Shown: in pieces, positions 1 to 13,885 of the stretch | How positions within the stretch are numbered: position 1 is the first letter of the stretch | How the letters are laid out: each line of letters opens with the position of its first letter | Source: Camelus ferus | Taxonomy: Eukaryota | DNA length: 64,000 bases | Assembly: GCF_009834535.1 (NCBI RefSeq) | Contig: NC_045697.1 | Location: 58,778,001-58,842,000 of the forward strand | Reading direction: 5' to 3' | The notes under the pieces: generated by a model | What the model was told of the DNA's origin: nothing | The model's database searches: none | What the model saw: the letters and a program-made list of their open reading frames with translations, nothing else | Made by a program: the position numbers and the translations under genes

Positions 1-739
1 TTAGTCCTATTTCATATGATAAACCTACTTTCCAGAGAGATTCTAATTTATATTCACCCTTTCCTATTTTGAGTTGCAAATATAACTCTTGAAATGTCCT
101 TTCTAAGATCTCACAAGTGTATAAACTTTGACAACCAATTTCAGAACACAGAAGTAATGTTTAATTCTATTTTTGGAGATATATTATCTAATTAAAAAAT
201 TGTGTATATGATTTTATTTATTAAGATACTGCATTATTCACATACTACATTAAACACTATTCCAAAGTCTTATCTTCCCCTTAAGAAGTTGAAAAAACCT
301 AACACCTCAACAATCTAAGGCTTTTCAATAATCATCACACGTCTAACAGCCTTGGGGAGGTAGGGAAAGAAGGACACAGAAAAATATGGTTAAAACAAAT
401 GGGTTTTCTACTTTAGAGTTCAAAGACATCTTGAGTTGGCATTTCTTCTACTTCTAAATCTATTATATGCACAAAGGAAATAATCTCACTCTTATCATTG
501 ATGTTCTGGCTGCTTTCAGTAACCAGATTTCATTCAGGGACATGGAAGTAAAATACGACTGGCTTAGGACATAAGGTCAATTCAACAAACCACCAAGCCT
601 TATGCCACCTAATGCCCAGAGAGAACTACTTCACATAAATGAGTCGTGAGCAAGCTGGTTAAGTGAAGGGGATGGCGTGAGGTGGGGGAATTAAATTTGC
701 CTACACATCTACTTTCAGTAGAAGAAATTCACTGAAATG

Positions 740-925
740 ACCCAGAGTCAAAGTGTTGTCATTTAAGATCTGTCTTGGCCACTGATCACCTCTGTGATTC
801 TGGATAAATAAACCTGAGTGACATTATCCTCTCTATAAAGTAGGGATAATCATACTGAGCCTGTTCAATTCAGAGTAATTTAGAAGCCTGAATAAAAACT
901 ATGTACGTAGACTACTTTGTAAACT
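740..925 (+). mobile_element. MIR SINE fragment
   Basis: Degenerate MIR core: gccactgatcacctctgtgattctggataaat...ctataaagtagggataatcatact. Confidence 0.55.
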
Positions 926-1798
926 GAGACTCAGTATAAACGTTAATATTAAACAGTTGTGGTAGTAGTATACTAGTAGATTAAAACATAGTATACTTTG
1001 GTCACTAAATATAGACAAACTCAAATTTGAAAAAATTGCACACCAGTACATGTGTTTCTTAGTCCAATTTTTCCAAGTTACACACATAAAATGACCCTAA
1101 ATGTGTTTCAGTCAATTTTGTGAAGCACAGGTAATTCCCATTACCACTTACTTCATATGCCTTTCCCTCTGGATCCCCACTCTGCTGGCACATACACAAA
1201 AAACTACTCATTTGATTTCTATTACCAAGAAATTAAACAGTATATACTTTGTGGTGCCTAGTTTCTCCTTCACTCAGCTATGTTTTTGAGAGTTTTCCTT
1301 TTTGTGGCAGGCATTAGTGCTTTGTTCTTTTTCATTGGTGAGTAATTTCATACTGTAGCAATACACCACAGTTTGCTTATCTACTCTCCTATGGATGAAC
1401 ATCTAGGCTATTTCCTGGTTTGGGCTAATATCAATAAACCTAGTATCAATATCCTTGTACAAGTATTTTTGTGGATGTATTTTTTCATTTCTCATAGATA
1501 AATATTTAGTATTGGAATGAGTCATAAAACTGATGTATGTTAATTTTTATGAGAAACTGACAAACAGTTATTATCTAATCTGACAATTTCTGCCTTCTAA
1601 TTGGAGTGTCTGGTCCATTTATATTCAAGCAATTATTGCAATGTGTGGATTTAATTCTACTGTCCAGGTGCTTCATTTTGTTTCATCCAGTCTGTATTTA
1701 GTTTCTTTCTTCCTTCTTTCTGCCTTGTTTTGGGCATGAGTTAACCTCGTATTTTTGGTATTCCTTTTTATCTTCCCTACCGACTTTTTATTTATGTC

Positions 1799-2274
1799 TG
1801 CATTAATTTGCAAGGGCTGCTGTAACAAAGTACCACAAATTGGATGGCTTAACAACAGAAGTTAATCGTCTCAGTTTTAGAAGCTAAAAGTTTGAGATCA
1901 AGATGTCAGCAGGGTTGGTTCCTTCTGGGAGCTACGAAGGAGAAATCTGTTCTATGTCTTTCTCCAGCCTTCTGGTGGTTTGCTGGCAATTTTTGATGTC
2001 ACTTGGCTTGTTGAAACACCATTGTGATCTCTGCCTTCATCTTCACATGGCATTCTCCCTGGGTTCTTGGCTGTGTTCAAATTTCCCCTTTTTATAAAGA
2101 TACCAGTGACATTGAATTAGGGGTCTAAACCACTCTAGTATAACCTCATCTTAACTAATTACCTCATCTTAATTGCAGTGACACTAGTTTCAAACAAGGG
2201 CACATTCTAAGATACTGGGGGTTAGGATTTACACATATGAATTTGGGAGAGGGGAAAGAATCCAATCCATAACA
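1799..2274 (-). mobile_element. MaLR solo LTR (MLT1C-like) with 5-bp TSD
   Basis: Runs tgcattaatttgcaagggctgctgtaacaaagtaccacaaa...ccataaca. TSD atgtc at 1794-1798 and 2275-2279. Confidence 0.88.
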
Positions 2275-3271
2275 ATGTCTCTCTCTGTTGACTTCAGTTA
2301 TTGCTAAAAATCTTACTATATGCATCTTTACCTTATCACAGTCTACTTTAAAAAAGTATTCCATGAGTTCATAAGAAACATAAAAACCTTATAATTATAC
2401 ATTTCCAGTGATCAGCCTCCCATTTTTCTCTTCTTATCATGTTTTACTTCTAAATATGCTATAAACATATTACTTTTCCTTAATCAGACAAATACCTTTA
2501 ACTATGTTGATAATAAATTTAATGTGTGTGTATTTATTACATAAAATATATGTATATATTGGTACATTTCTATATATACACATATATATTCATATGTATA
2601 TATTCCATATATTTAAATATATTTCTTATGTTAATTTAAATATGACTCTTTGAGGTATTCTTTACCTCAGAGATCACCAGATACTTATTTGGTAACATTT
2701 CCCTACAGCCTGATGGATTTTTTTCTTTATTTTAACATATCGATAGTGGAGAATTCTTAGAAAAATTCAGCTATTTTAATTCAGAAAAATGTCTTCATTT
2801 CATATTCTTTTTTGAAAAATATTTTTGCGGGGTATTCATGCTAGGTTGATAAATCTGTCTGTCAGAACCTCAAGATGTTATTCCATTGCCTCATGGCTTC
2901 CATTACATCTGATGAGAAACTGGGGCATCCCTTGTATCACTTCCCTCGTATTTAACGTCTTTTTTCTCTGGTTACTTCCTTGAGTTTTCTTTATCTTTGA
3001 TTTTCAGTATGTGATTTTTTTATGATATGACTAGGTATGTTTTCCTTTGTATTTATACTGCTTGAAGTTCTCTAGCTTTTTGATCTATAGATCAATGTTT
3101 TTCATTAATTTTGGAAAACTATTAATTATTTTTCAAGTATTTCTTCTCTCATTCTCTTTTCCTTGAATGAGAACATTGTGGGAAAGAACAATAAGGACTG
3201 AGGTAAATAATATTTACACACAGACAGGGTACATCTCTCATTTGGACTAGATGTTAGTATAGTTCAAACAG

Positions 3272-3647
3272 GTTTTATAAGCTCAAGTGTGTCACCTCAA
3301 AAAAATCCATATGCTTAAGTCCTAACTCCCAGTACCTCAGAATATGACTGTGATTGAAGAGAGGGTCTTTAAATAGTTAAGTTATATGTACTCATTAGGG
3401 TAGGTCTTAATCCACAATGACTGAAATCCTTATATGAAGAGGAAGTCTCTACAGAGAAACACACAGAAGGATAACTGTGTGAAGACCTTCATTTACAACC
3501 CAAGGAGAAAGGTCTCAGATGAAACCAACTCGGATGACACCTTGATCTCAGTCTTCTAGCCTCCAAAATCATGAGAAAATAAGTTTCTGTTGTTCTAGTC
3601 CCTCAGTCTGTAGTTGTTCACCACAGCATACCTACCAAACTAATGCG
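3272..3647 (+). mobile_element. MaLR solo LTR (MLT1B-like)
   Basis: Contains gtcctaactcccagtacctcagaatatgactg...gacaccttgatctcagtcttctagcctccaaaatcatgagaaaataagtttctgttg. Confidence 0.82.
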
Positions 3648-4834
3648 ATGGGCTGGGGCTCTGCTGTGGTTTTAGTTAAAGTCAGTTCACCACAGGCTTA
3701 AAGTCTGAGGGTGAAATTAGAAACTCCATTTTAGAATCTAAGTGAAAGGTTTTGTCTTCAGATGCCCCCAAGGTGTATCTCAGCAATCCCTTTCCTGTCC
3801 CGGTGGTACAGGGCCCAGAATGCCTGTCTGGTTTCTCTCGGTTCCGATCTCAACCCCCAGCGCACTGACGGCACCTATTCCTGCTCCATCTTCAGACTTC
3901 ATTCAACAGGGTATCTGCACCTGGGACCTAGAGGGCTTCTCCCTCCCCTAATGGGAGACAGACACTGACGCTGTCTGTGGGCTTCTCTCAGTCCTTCCTG
4001 CCCTCACACTTCAGCATGCTGCATGCGAAGTCTCTGCTCTGCTAGTCACCCCTCGACACACACTTTCCCACCCTCTGCTTAGGGTCCAGCCTTGCACCAC
4101 TGCACCTCAGATGGAGAGTGGTGGAGATCTTTCCTGCCCCTTCTGTGGCAGGTGGCTTCTGCCTCTTGTTCAACTAAGGCCCAGAATACAGAGCATTTCT
4201 TAGTTCTCATTCTTCATACTCAGACCACTGCACACACGGTGCCTGCTCCTCACAGGATGCACTTCTAAGTTCTCTTGCCCTCACCCCAACCTTTCTCATT
4301 AGCTCTCAAGTGAAGGCTGATGGAAAAACAAAGATGATGAGAGAGCAACGATTCCCCTTGTAGCGAGGACTCCCAGGAATTCTACACTCCTACACCAGCC
4401 CACATCCGGCATTTAAAATTTAAAAGTTCAGCTGCTATATTTTCACTGCATCTGTAGTGACTTCCTCCTCCCACATTTCAAAAATGAAAGCAGCTTTGAG
4501 TACTGTATATCCTAGGAGATGCTTGTCAAATTTTTGATTTTAATATATTTCAATTGCTTTGGGCCTGACTCTTTAATGGGCTAACATAACTGATTTTATG
4601 GTTTACACAGCTTATTTTTATTGTCAGGTTGGGAGGGGCATTCTCTTGCAACAGTGTACATCCTAAACAGAAACAGTAGCCCCATCACATTTCTTTTTAA
4701 TTACCCTATCTCATTCCCCTAACGGTTTCCCTTCCTCATCATTTCCCTCTTTTCTCAATGCCTGTGTATTCTGATATCTCAGTGGTCTCAATATGGTGTG
4801 AAGTTTTCACTCCATTATTTTTTTTTCATAGCTA

Positions 4835-5045
4835 AAAATTATCAAGTGTTTACTAAATAGACACACTATATTAAGGGCATTACACGTTATGCCATTTAAT
4901 TTTCAGAACAATTCTACAAGAAAAATACTTTAATGGTACTCTCTTTACACATAAGAAAAATGAGTCTTAAGTAAGTTGGACCAGATCACAGAGCTTGGAA
5001 GTAGTGAATTAAAACCCAAGTCGTCTGACTTTATAGGAGCTCTTG
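4835..5045 (-). mobile_element. MIR SINE
   Basis: Antisense MIR: catttaattttcagaacaattctacaag...tttacacataagaaaaatgag...gatcacagagc...aacccaagtcgtctgact. Confidence 0.7.
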
Positions 5046-5364
5046 TCTGGTGTATTGCTTTTACTTTTCAACACACTAATATTTGTTTCTTTTCTGTGCC
5101 TTTAGAATATGTGAAATCGTATGCTTACAGAGTACTGTGGAAGTGATCTGCAATTAGCATTAATGTTGGGAGTCTGCTCACTTTATTTTTGCATTATAAA
5201 AAGGGCATGCAAAAGATAAAATAAACTTAGGACTGTACATGAAGTAGATGTTAAGGCTACGTGTATGTGCCATATAACTATTCTTTAAAACCAAAAACTG
5301 CAACATGGGTCCAATTTTATCATGTTACTGCTTCAGGAATAAAAGAGTAAGGAAAACTGCTTTG

Positions 5365-5560
5365 CAGTCCTAGCTCTAAAACTTACTATGTGTATGAGGA
5401 CACAATGTAATTGACTTTCCAATATACAGTTCATTCCTACATTTTATGGAATAGTGATATCTATGATCTTCATAGGGTTGCTGTAAGGACAAAATAAGGT
5501 AACATATGTGAAGGCACACCTACAAACCTATAAATCACTTTCAAATACAAGATATGAGCA
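5365..5560 (+). mobile_element. MIR SINE fragment
   Basis: Contains cctagctctaaaacttactatgtgt...catagggttgctgtaaggacaaaataaggtaacatatgtgaaggcac. Confidence 0.65.
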
Positions 5561-6821
5561 TCATTTTTATTACTGGGAAGCTCTAAACTTTAAAAGTTAT
5601 CAATGTTACTCCCTCAAAAAAAAAGGAATGAGCCTTTTAAATTATTGTTAATAATGTGAATTCACATACAATACATTAATGCCCAATATATATGGTAGCT
5701 CAACTAAGGTGAAAACACTCTGGAAACCTAGAAAGGTCATTTACCTCAGCCAACAATTACACTGTATTGATAATTTATATTTACACCTTTAAGGAAAGCA
5801 ACAAGAACTATATGCAATTATCCTTAGCCAGAGAAATAAAATAAGCATGAGAACAGAAAAGTTGTTTGGGGGTAATGAGGCTCTGAAAAGGGAAACAATA
5901 ATTAGCTTCCAGTTATAAAGCATCAAGGGCCAGTATCTAGGTTAGACTGGGATGCTATTCCATTTTTATCATGGACTTAACAGGCATGACACCAGACTGT
6001 ACATCGAAAGGCTGAACAAAGACCCTTCCTAAGCTTCTAGGCAGAGGGGAAAAAAAATAAAGTGGCAAGAGCAACACAGAGGGCAGTTCCCTCATTGATT
6101 TTTAAACAATACATGCTTTGATGATGACTACTGCTTCCTTTCATTAACTTAAAAGAACAAGCTAATACTCATGAAGATTTAAAGACTCAATAACACATTC
6201 TCATTCTTAGTATGACTTTCACAATATTTCTATAAACATGATATTTAAGGTGGAATAAATATTATGGCCTTAAAATTTCTAGTACACAAAATAAATAAAT
6301 ATTTTCCTTGGTAGGAATTTAAAATTGGAAAATATTTCCCAGTATCTTCATTTAAAATAAAATAATATACATATGGGCAAATTAAAGAAGCAATGATCAA
6401 AATTAATAGTTTGATTTGTCCTATTAGCAATTATATCTTTGAGTTGGTGTGTGTTACAAGAAGTTGTCTAGGTATTTTGTTTCATAGTTTCTTATAGGTG
6501 CCTTGTTGATATAAGGATGTAAATAATAGCTTTTAAGTAAAACAATATTAGTTACATTACTCTTTTTGAAATTACCTTAAGCTTATTTTAAGTAACTAAC
6601 AAATGTCACATTCTAGCAAGTAATTTCTGATTTTAATTAAACTCATTTTCTTGTTTCTCTAGGTAGTAAATCTAGTCGACAGGATTAGTAACCACTTTCT
6701 ACATGACCATTACATGGTTCTAGTTCATAACAATTATTTCAACAGTAATGTATAGAATGCAGACTCAGAAAGACACTAAACTAAGAGAAAGCAGTTAAGA
6801 ATTCCTTCTAATACTCCACCT

Positions 6822-7127
6822 CAGCATTTCCCAAACACTGATCTATAGCATACCAGTCTCATGAGACTCTCACAGATACTCCATGACAAAATAATTCACT
6901 GGTCAAATGCTTTAAAGAAGTGCTAGGCTAATCAACATTAAACAGGTTTCTTTATTACAGAACTTCTCAAAGCACTAATGTACACTGTGAATCTCCAAGG
7001 GGTGACAGAGTATGCAGCTTTCTTAAATTTATTTGAAAGTGGAAACTTTTTATTGTTTTTCCCCAGAACACTCATTAATATCTCACTGGATATGACTATT
7101 CCACAAAACTGAATTTAGAAAGTGCTG
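6822..7127. mobile_element. hAT-Charlie non-autonomous DNA transposon (MER103-like)
   Basis: Inverted ends cagcatttcccaaa ... tttagaaagtgctg, with internal aaacaggtttctttattacagaacttctc and gtgaatctccaagggg. Confidence 0.7.
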
Positions 7128-8179
7128 ATTTAGGGGAAGTCAGGTTTAGGTAGGAAGATGCCACTGGAAATTTTGAGAAAGGTACAAATTCATTAAGCAT
7201 GATGAAGGTAAAACCTCTGAGGGTGTACTAAAGAAGTATGAAAGATAAGGGCTAGTCAAAGATTACTGTCACAGTTTTTAGCTTGGGAGATGGGAAAACA
7301 ATGGAATTATCAGCATAATCTGAGATACTGATAGGTATGCCTGCCATTACTTCATTCATTTAATCATGCAATAAATATTTACTTAGCATTCAGAATTATT
7401 TAGGCTAGGAAGGTGGCTAATGAAGAAAAAAACTATCATACTATTTCAACCATCAAAGTTTAATGATTGAAAACAATATCCTCTAAATCCTCTAAATGAT
7501 AATATAAGTAGACATCTTTCAGAGTGCCTGCCCACTTATTCTTTGTGAACTACCACCTACATCCCTGTTCATAAAAAAGGCTCCATATTTATATAGTCAC
7601 TTTTCAAATATTCATGTATCTACTTTGTGATCAAGATTTATAATCTAACTCAAATGTTCTTTCCTGGGTACTTGGCTAGCCAGCTTTGGCTAGTTTCTTG
7701 AACTGCAGACATGTAAACAGAATTTCAATGGGATTTTTTGGCCATTTCCACACATTAGCTGTAAGAAACATTTAACACTGAGAAAAATAAGTGAAAAAAG
7801 GAATTATAAAGAGAATAAGGGAAAAAAAATAATGAGAAAGTTAGTGGAACAGGGAAAGACACACAGCTTACTGAGTCCCTAATGCCTTTATACAGTTCTT
7901 TGTTCCAGGAAAATGTGAATTCAGTAGATGACACAATATATTTTACAAAAATTTTCTTTTTCAATCAAGCTATTTTTACTAAGATCTTATTTCTTGCAGT
8001 AAAAAGACCTATATTTAAAACAGAAATGTCATGAATAATATTACATATCTGAAATTATAATAATGTCAACAGTAAAAAAGTTACTTCACTTTTTGAGAAG
8101 CATTGTTATTTGTTGGAAGGGTTAAAGTATGCTTGAATATTACATTTGTATAAACATATTCTAATAATTCAACTGTCAA

Positions 8180-8725
8180 TTCAGTTCAGAAAATTGGGAT
8201 AATATACTGTTCCAATCTACACAGTAAAACATAATCCATGAAAAGTGTAATACCCTTAAAGTACAGATTTCACAGGAGTAATATCTTTCACATTTAAATA
8301 AAGTGGGTATGCAAAATGCATAGATGAAAAGATTTGTCATGTTGCTCTCACTCTTGGGTGTTAAAATGGTAGTACTGGGAGGCATTTGCCATAGATTGGC
8401 AGGAATTCTGTCGAGGACTTAGCATAGTAATTTATGGGAAATCCAGAATGTTTAGACAGAATTGATTAGAATTAGTCTCTACAGAAATCATGCCAACACA
8501 TGGATACAATTAGGACACATGTTCAATGCAAATGACTCTGATTCTGGCAATCCACATTTTGATTTTTGGATGAATTGAAATTACTTCGATTTTTTTAAAG
8601 ATGGAGGAGAAACATGAAGTACAACTTCAGATACTAATAATTTATGGCCCCCAAAAACTATGAAAGATATATGTTGTTGAACTGCAAGTTCACAAATTAA
8701 GTGACAATGGAGATAGAAATAACTA
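8180..8725 (+). mobile_element. Fossil ORF2 C-terminus of a non-mammalian-type L1/Tx1-like LINE
   Basis: Frameshifted translation gives, in order: MKSVIPLKYRFHRSNIFHI*IK (8238-), YWEAFAIDWQ, ILSRT*HSNLWEIQ, TELIRI, SCQHMDT/LGHMF/CK*L*FWQSTF*FLDEL, LQILI/MAPKN, VTMEI. This order fits the CCHC-containing ORF2 tail of fish/amphibian/reptile L1/Tx1 elements. Confidence 0.6.
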
Positions 8726-11323
8726 ATCTCACTGTATCACTATGAAAATATACATTTCACCCTACAATTTCTGATAATACCAGTATCAATCGTTTGTGAA
8801 CATTACCAGCTGTTCTTTCAGAAAATGAAAATGAATGTTTTCTATCTCCATGGCACTTTTAAGGCAAAAAGTTTCCTTAAGAGAATCGCCATCTGTATAT
8901 AGTAGGTTTCACTCATTCTCACCTTGCTTATCTGCAAATCATATCAGTCTCACAAAGTCTCATGTGTCTTTTCAGCATCGATTTGTTAGCCGAGTGAGGT
9001 AGCAAGATCTCACATTTCAAAGACTCAGAGGCTTTCATGCAGACAAGGTTGTATTTGCTTTGTAGGAAGAGGCTTAATATAAACAGAAAGAACCACTACT
9101 ATGCTGTGGCAACACTTATTCTCCAGGCATTTTATATACTATCAAAAAAAGCAAGGTCCAATTTCAAATTCTTTAATATGAGGATTCTTAGCTGTCCCTA
9201 AGCTGTATTTTGAAGCAGGAAAAGCTGAGTTTTGGCAAAGCAGTTCCCAACCTCCTTAACAGCCATCTCTTTGAGAAAGGAACACTGCCCTCGAAACGTA
9301 AAGAATAACAACAACAACAAATAGAAAGAATAATCCATGAGAGAAAAGAACCGACCATCTTTCATGATAGGGAACCATACCAAAATTTTCCAAGTAGGCA
9401 GGTTAAGATGTCAAAATGTGACTTAAACTCTTACTGTTCACTTATAATTAAACTGAAGTTATCATCAGTGAGATTGTTATATGAAATTGCTTAATGAACT
9501 CAGTCATGAGTAAACCACATTATAAATACTCATTATTCTCCAAGAACTCCTTTGTTTTAAAACAAATACTTTGTCAAAGAATCTGAAACATGCATTATTT
9601 TTGTCCTACTAATCATTAAGTTGTGCATAGGTATGCTGTTCATTAGCTACTATTATTTTCCTTATTATTATTAGGCTATGTAATTCTTCCTACCATGCTA
9701 TCAAGTTAACTCCAAGGGCAGCCACCATGAAATATGCAGATTTGGTTGAAGAGTCACTGTTACCCAGGTTTACTTCCTACCTACATACCCTTGTTTTTGC
9801 ATCTCCTCCTTTTCCTCTCTTCCAGCTCTGTCCCACCCAATCACAAAATATATGATAGTGACACAAAGATAATCTTTAAAGTAATGTGTTCATATTTTAA
9901 AACAAACTTTAATGCAAAAAAGAAAGGTTTAAATGATTGGGAAATTAAGGCTATAAGTAAGCCAGCAGAGTGGGCTAAAGGAGGGTACTGTTCACTTTGA
10001 AGTAGCCAAATGCTGCCGCTTACTCTGTACTTTTTTTCTGTGCAATCTGTTATTATAATTCCAATATACCAAGAGCTAGAATTTGTTATTAATAGTTACC
10101 AATGTACCAGCTCTAAAGGAAAATGTGTGAACACTTAAGGAAAGATGACTATTATTTTTCACAAGGCACAAGAAGAAAAGATAAATTTAAAATAAGGTAT
10201 AATGAATACAGGGTCTAGTAAAGACTGAAAAATTCTACAGAATACCAGAATGACTATGCCCCTTGATATATGAGGGAAATAACAATATAAATATTAATAT
10301 TAATCAGAAGCAACACAGGAGAGAGGGGTTTTCCAATTTCTTTGGAAAAGGGCAAACCCCGACTAAAACCATAAATTGATGCAGTATTTACTGTTTTAGG
10401 TGCTCAAATATAATGGTAGATGTCTAACTTAATAAATGACGAAAATCAGAAGGAAATACAATTGTGAACTACCTCTACATCAGTTACACTGCAGGGTGAC
10501 TAGTAAATGTTTTATTTAACTTTCATGAAAACTATACATCTAATATAATTGTTCCAATTTTAGAGATTAAGATAGTAACTGTGAAGATCAAATATAGGTA
10601 ATCTCACTGACAAACAAAGATTGTTAATAACTTTAGGCTTCTACCACTTTAAAGCCTGTGATCATCAGCACCAAACTACTTCCAGAATTGTCTTTCATAA
10701 AGGTGTAACAGAAAATGGAATTAGAAAGTAAACCATTTATAAGCATAAATTAGGAAACATCATTGGACTTGAAATACAATTTTTAATTAATGACTAATTT
10801 TTTGTTGTTGTTCTTGATCCCTCTTGAGGAAGAACATTTTTAACTTCTTCAACTTTGCTAGAGGGTAGACAATACTAACAGGAGAATGCCAGAGAGAGCA
10901 AAAGAGACATTATCTTTTAAAAAAGTCTGAGGAGAATATAAGAGCATACAGTCTACGACTCCAACTTAGTTCTTAGTGAGCCGTTGTGTTTGAAGAAATA
11001 TGCTGAATCATGAATTGTATGAAAATATAAATGCTTGATGACAAGTGACTTAATCCAAATAAGTAGGTATTTAGAGGAGAGGAAATGGAGCTGAAGACAT
11101 AGACAAAACTTTCTCTGTGTAAAACATTCATTTAATCACTAAAACAGTAATATTTCTGAATAAAATAAATCATTAAATCATGTAAAAAAGGGTTCTTGAT
11201 TCTTATACATTTTTAAAGTGAGAAATTATTTAGTATCTCTACCCAGTTTTCTAATTTGAGATGAAGTGAAATAAAAGGCTTTGTAAACAACTACTCAAAA
11301 CTATAACATTCTTAGGAAATATA

Positions 11324-11533
11324 CAGTCATCCCTCAGTATCCATGGGGGATGGGTTTCAGGTCCTCATGGATACCAAAATCTGCAGATGCTCAAGTCCCA
11401 TAGTTGGCCCTCCATATCCATGGGGTTTGCATACATAAGTTCAACCACAATAAATATGTGTATATTTATTGAAAAAATTCAACGTATAAGTTGACTCACC
11501 CAGTTCAAACGTGTGTTGGTCAGGAGTCAACTG
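11324..11533. mobile_element. TcMar-Tigger MITE (MER2/MER8-like) with TA TSD
   Basis: ta|cagtcatccctcagtatccatggggga ... caggagtcaactg|ta. TA at 11322-11323 and 11534-11535. Confidence 0.85.
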
Positions 11534-12855
11534 TAATTTAATGGCACTTAATTTACTCTGCAAATTCTTAGAGTTCTACTTAATAAACAGTTACCATTTG
11601 CAGAACTGCTTAATCTTTGTTCTGTGGTATACATATACAAAAAATATATAAAAGAGCAAAAGAAAATATTGTCACTTGATGCAGTGCTTCCCATTATGTA
11701 TTTACTTCCCATTATCTTAAAAATCAGTTTTAATGATATGACAAGAGTGCCCACAGCCACAAATATATTCAACTGTGTTCCTCTCTCAAGTAGTTAATAT
11801 CTTCTCTGTAACATCCCTTCATCACACCTATGCTGAACCACGAACTTTACCAGTGTGATCTCTTATCACCCTGTGTTGACCCCATCCAAGTTCTTAGCTT
11901 TGTATTATGCAACTTTATGTATCTGGCTGACCATCATTAGGGCTTTCAGGTCTGCAAAGGGACAAATGATCTATATGCAAATTAAAAAATACTCAAATTT
12001 TAAAAATGTAAAACATCTAAGTTAGGGTTGGTATAAATAGATTTTTTAAACTTAAATATATATTATAACCAATATACAGGTCTCTACATTCTTTATTCAT
12101 TCTAACACTTAAGTTTATTAATAAAAAGAGCAAAATAATAGCAAAAATTACCTAAAGTTTTAAAATTAAAGTTCATATACTATTTGTAAGAAATACTATC
12201 AATCTTGTTTGTAATTTTTTAATGAGAACTTTTCTGAAGACCTTATATAAATAGCAATCTGACCTACCCTACCCACAAACATTTATTTTATCTACTTTGT
12301 TCACTGCTTTATGACAGTGTCATAAATACTACTTCGGCATATACCAAACACTAAATAAATAAGTACTGAATGACTGGATGAAAAACAATACTTTATCTTA
12401 ATGTAATTACATTTAAATTTCAAAGTTTAGATGTCACTGTTTCATTTTCTACATTTTATTTTCAACATTTTCATTTTGGGTCTTCATCACCATACAGGCA
12501 ATTTTTCAAAATAATTCCTAGTTTTCTACTTCAAAAATAATAAGCTATGCATACTTCAAAAAGAACTGCAAGTACATAAGAAGCAAAAACCTTATTTCTG
12601 AAGCATGTGAGAAAGCGTACATTAATGGCACATATCTACTATTAAGGAGATGTTTTACAAGTTTTTAAAAGGAATTTCTTAACTCTACATAACAAAATAT
12701 ATAAGCTGTTTCTGTGGTATCTTAACTGTTAAACACAGTTAAGTTGTTATGGTTAATTTTGTCATGGCAATGATTTTTCTTTACTTCAAATGCTTAAAGA
12801 TGTCTCATATTCATTATATTCAAGACACAGGTAAAATAGTATCTGGCATAAAGCA

Positions 12856-13061
12856 CAGTCTTTCTCAACCAGGATTCTCCAAGATAATGAAACCCTACAT
12901 AAAGTGACTTGAATGACTATTTCCTCAGTTCTTCCAAGGATGTCACAAGACTGGTATCATTTTAGATACATAGGAAAGAGGTAATTCAATATATACAATG
13001 GATGCCTTGAGAGGTACTTAGGGCTTAACTCTTTCAAGAAAACCAGGTTGAGAAGGGCTTG
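12856..13061. mobile_element. Short hAT-Charlie MITE (Charlie4z-like) inserted into an L2/MIR 3' tail
   Basis: TIRs cagtctttctcaaccagg ... ccaggttgagaagggct. It splits the tail tagtatctggcata|agtaggcactcaataatatttgctgaat. Confidence 0.72.
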
Positions 13062-13089
13062 AGTAGGCACTCAATAATATTTGCTGAAT

Positions 13090-13885
13090 AAATCTTCTGC
13101 TTGAATCTGAACCTCTTCCCAGTTTTCCTTCTTTACTATTAATATATATACTGTGTAATACAAGCCAAAAAAAAGGACTCATTTTGAACATATCTCATGG
13201 CCTCATACTTTATATCTCACCGATCATTACTTATACAACTGCTACTGTCCTTCTCTTAGACTCTAGGCATCTACAAGAGCTATTTCCTGACTCCAATTTG
13301 GATAGTGACTCTTGATATTCTGCCCTCAAACTCCACTCTGAGCTAGATCTTTTCAAAATGCAAATCTAACAAATTAGTTTATCATTGCTTAGATCCATTT
13401 GTTTTTAGGTTTAAACCAAAGTGCTAATGTCGCCAGGAGGACCCTGCATGACCTGTGACATTCTTGTATCTCTAGCCTCACTGTGGACTCATTCACTGCC
13501 TTATACTGTGAGCACCAGCCACATATTATAAATGAAGTCTTTTAAGTTCCTTGAAAGAGATACTGGCCATACTTTTCCTCCTCTTCAATCCTATTCCCAG
13601 CTCACCTCCATATGCCTCCTGAGCCTTCTCCAGCATTTCAGCTCAGGTTTCTTTTAGGGTGATTCTTCCCGACACACCCCAACCACCCAGACTAGCTCAG
13701 ATTCCTTTGTTAAACACTCTTTAGAATTGTGCTCCTATTGCTCAGAGCACTTCTATCAGATGAGTAATATTCTTCTTGGGGTTATTATTTGAATGTTTGT
13801 CTTCTTCATTAGACAATATTTTCTCCCTATCCCTTAGCATAATGTCTAACACATGCTAGGAACATAATAAATATTTGCTGAAATT
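13090..13885 (+). mobile_element. L2 LINE 3' fragment
   Basis: Contains gatcttttcaaaatgcaaatct and ends ttagcataatgtctaacacatgctaggaacataataaatatttgctgaa. Confidence 0.7.

Larger units (their letters stand above)
1060..4680 (-). mobile_element. Ancient L1M-type pieces (3' region at about 1060-1570; ORF2 start, ORF1 and GC-richer 5' region at about 1570-4680), interrupted by two MaLR LTRs
   Basis: Typical antisense L1M text: gatgaacatctaggctatttcctggtttgggct; atctgacaatttctgccttctaattggagtgtc; ttccattgcctcatggcttccattacatctgatgagaa. Confidence 0.65.

Noticed and set aside
3650..4420. GC-richer block as a CpG-island promoter
   Set aside because: CpG-poor, and better explained as the 5' region of the old L1M element.
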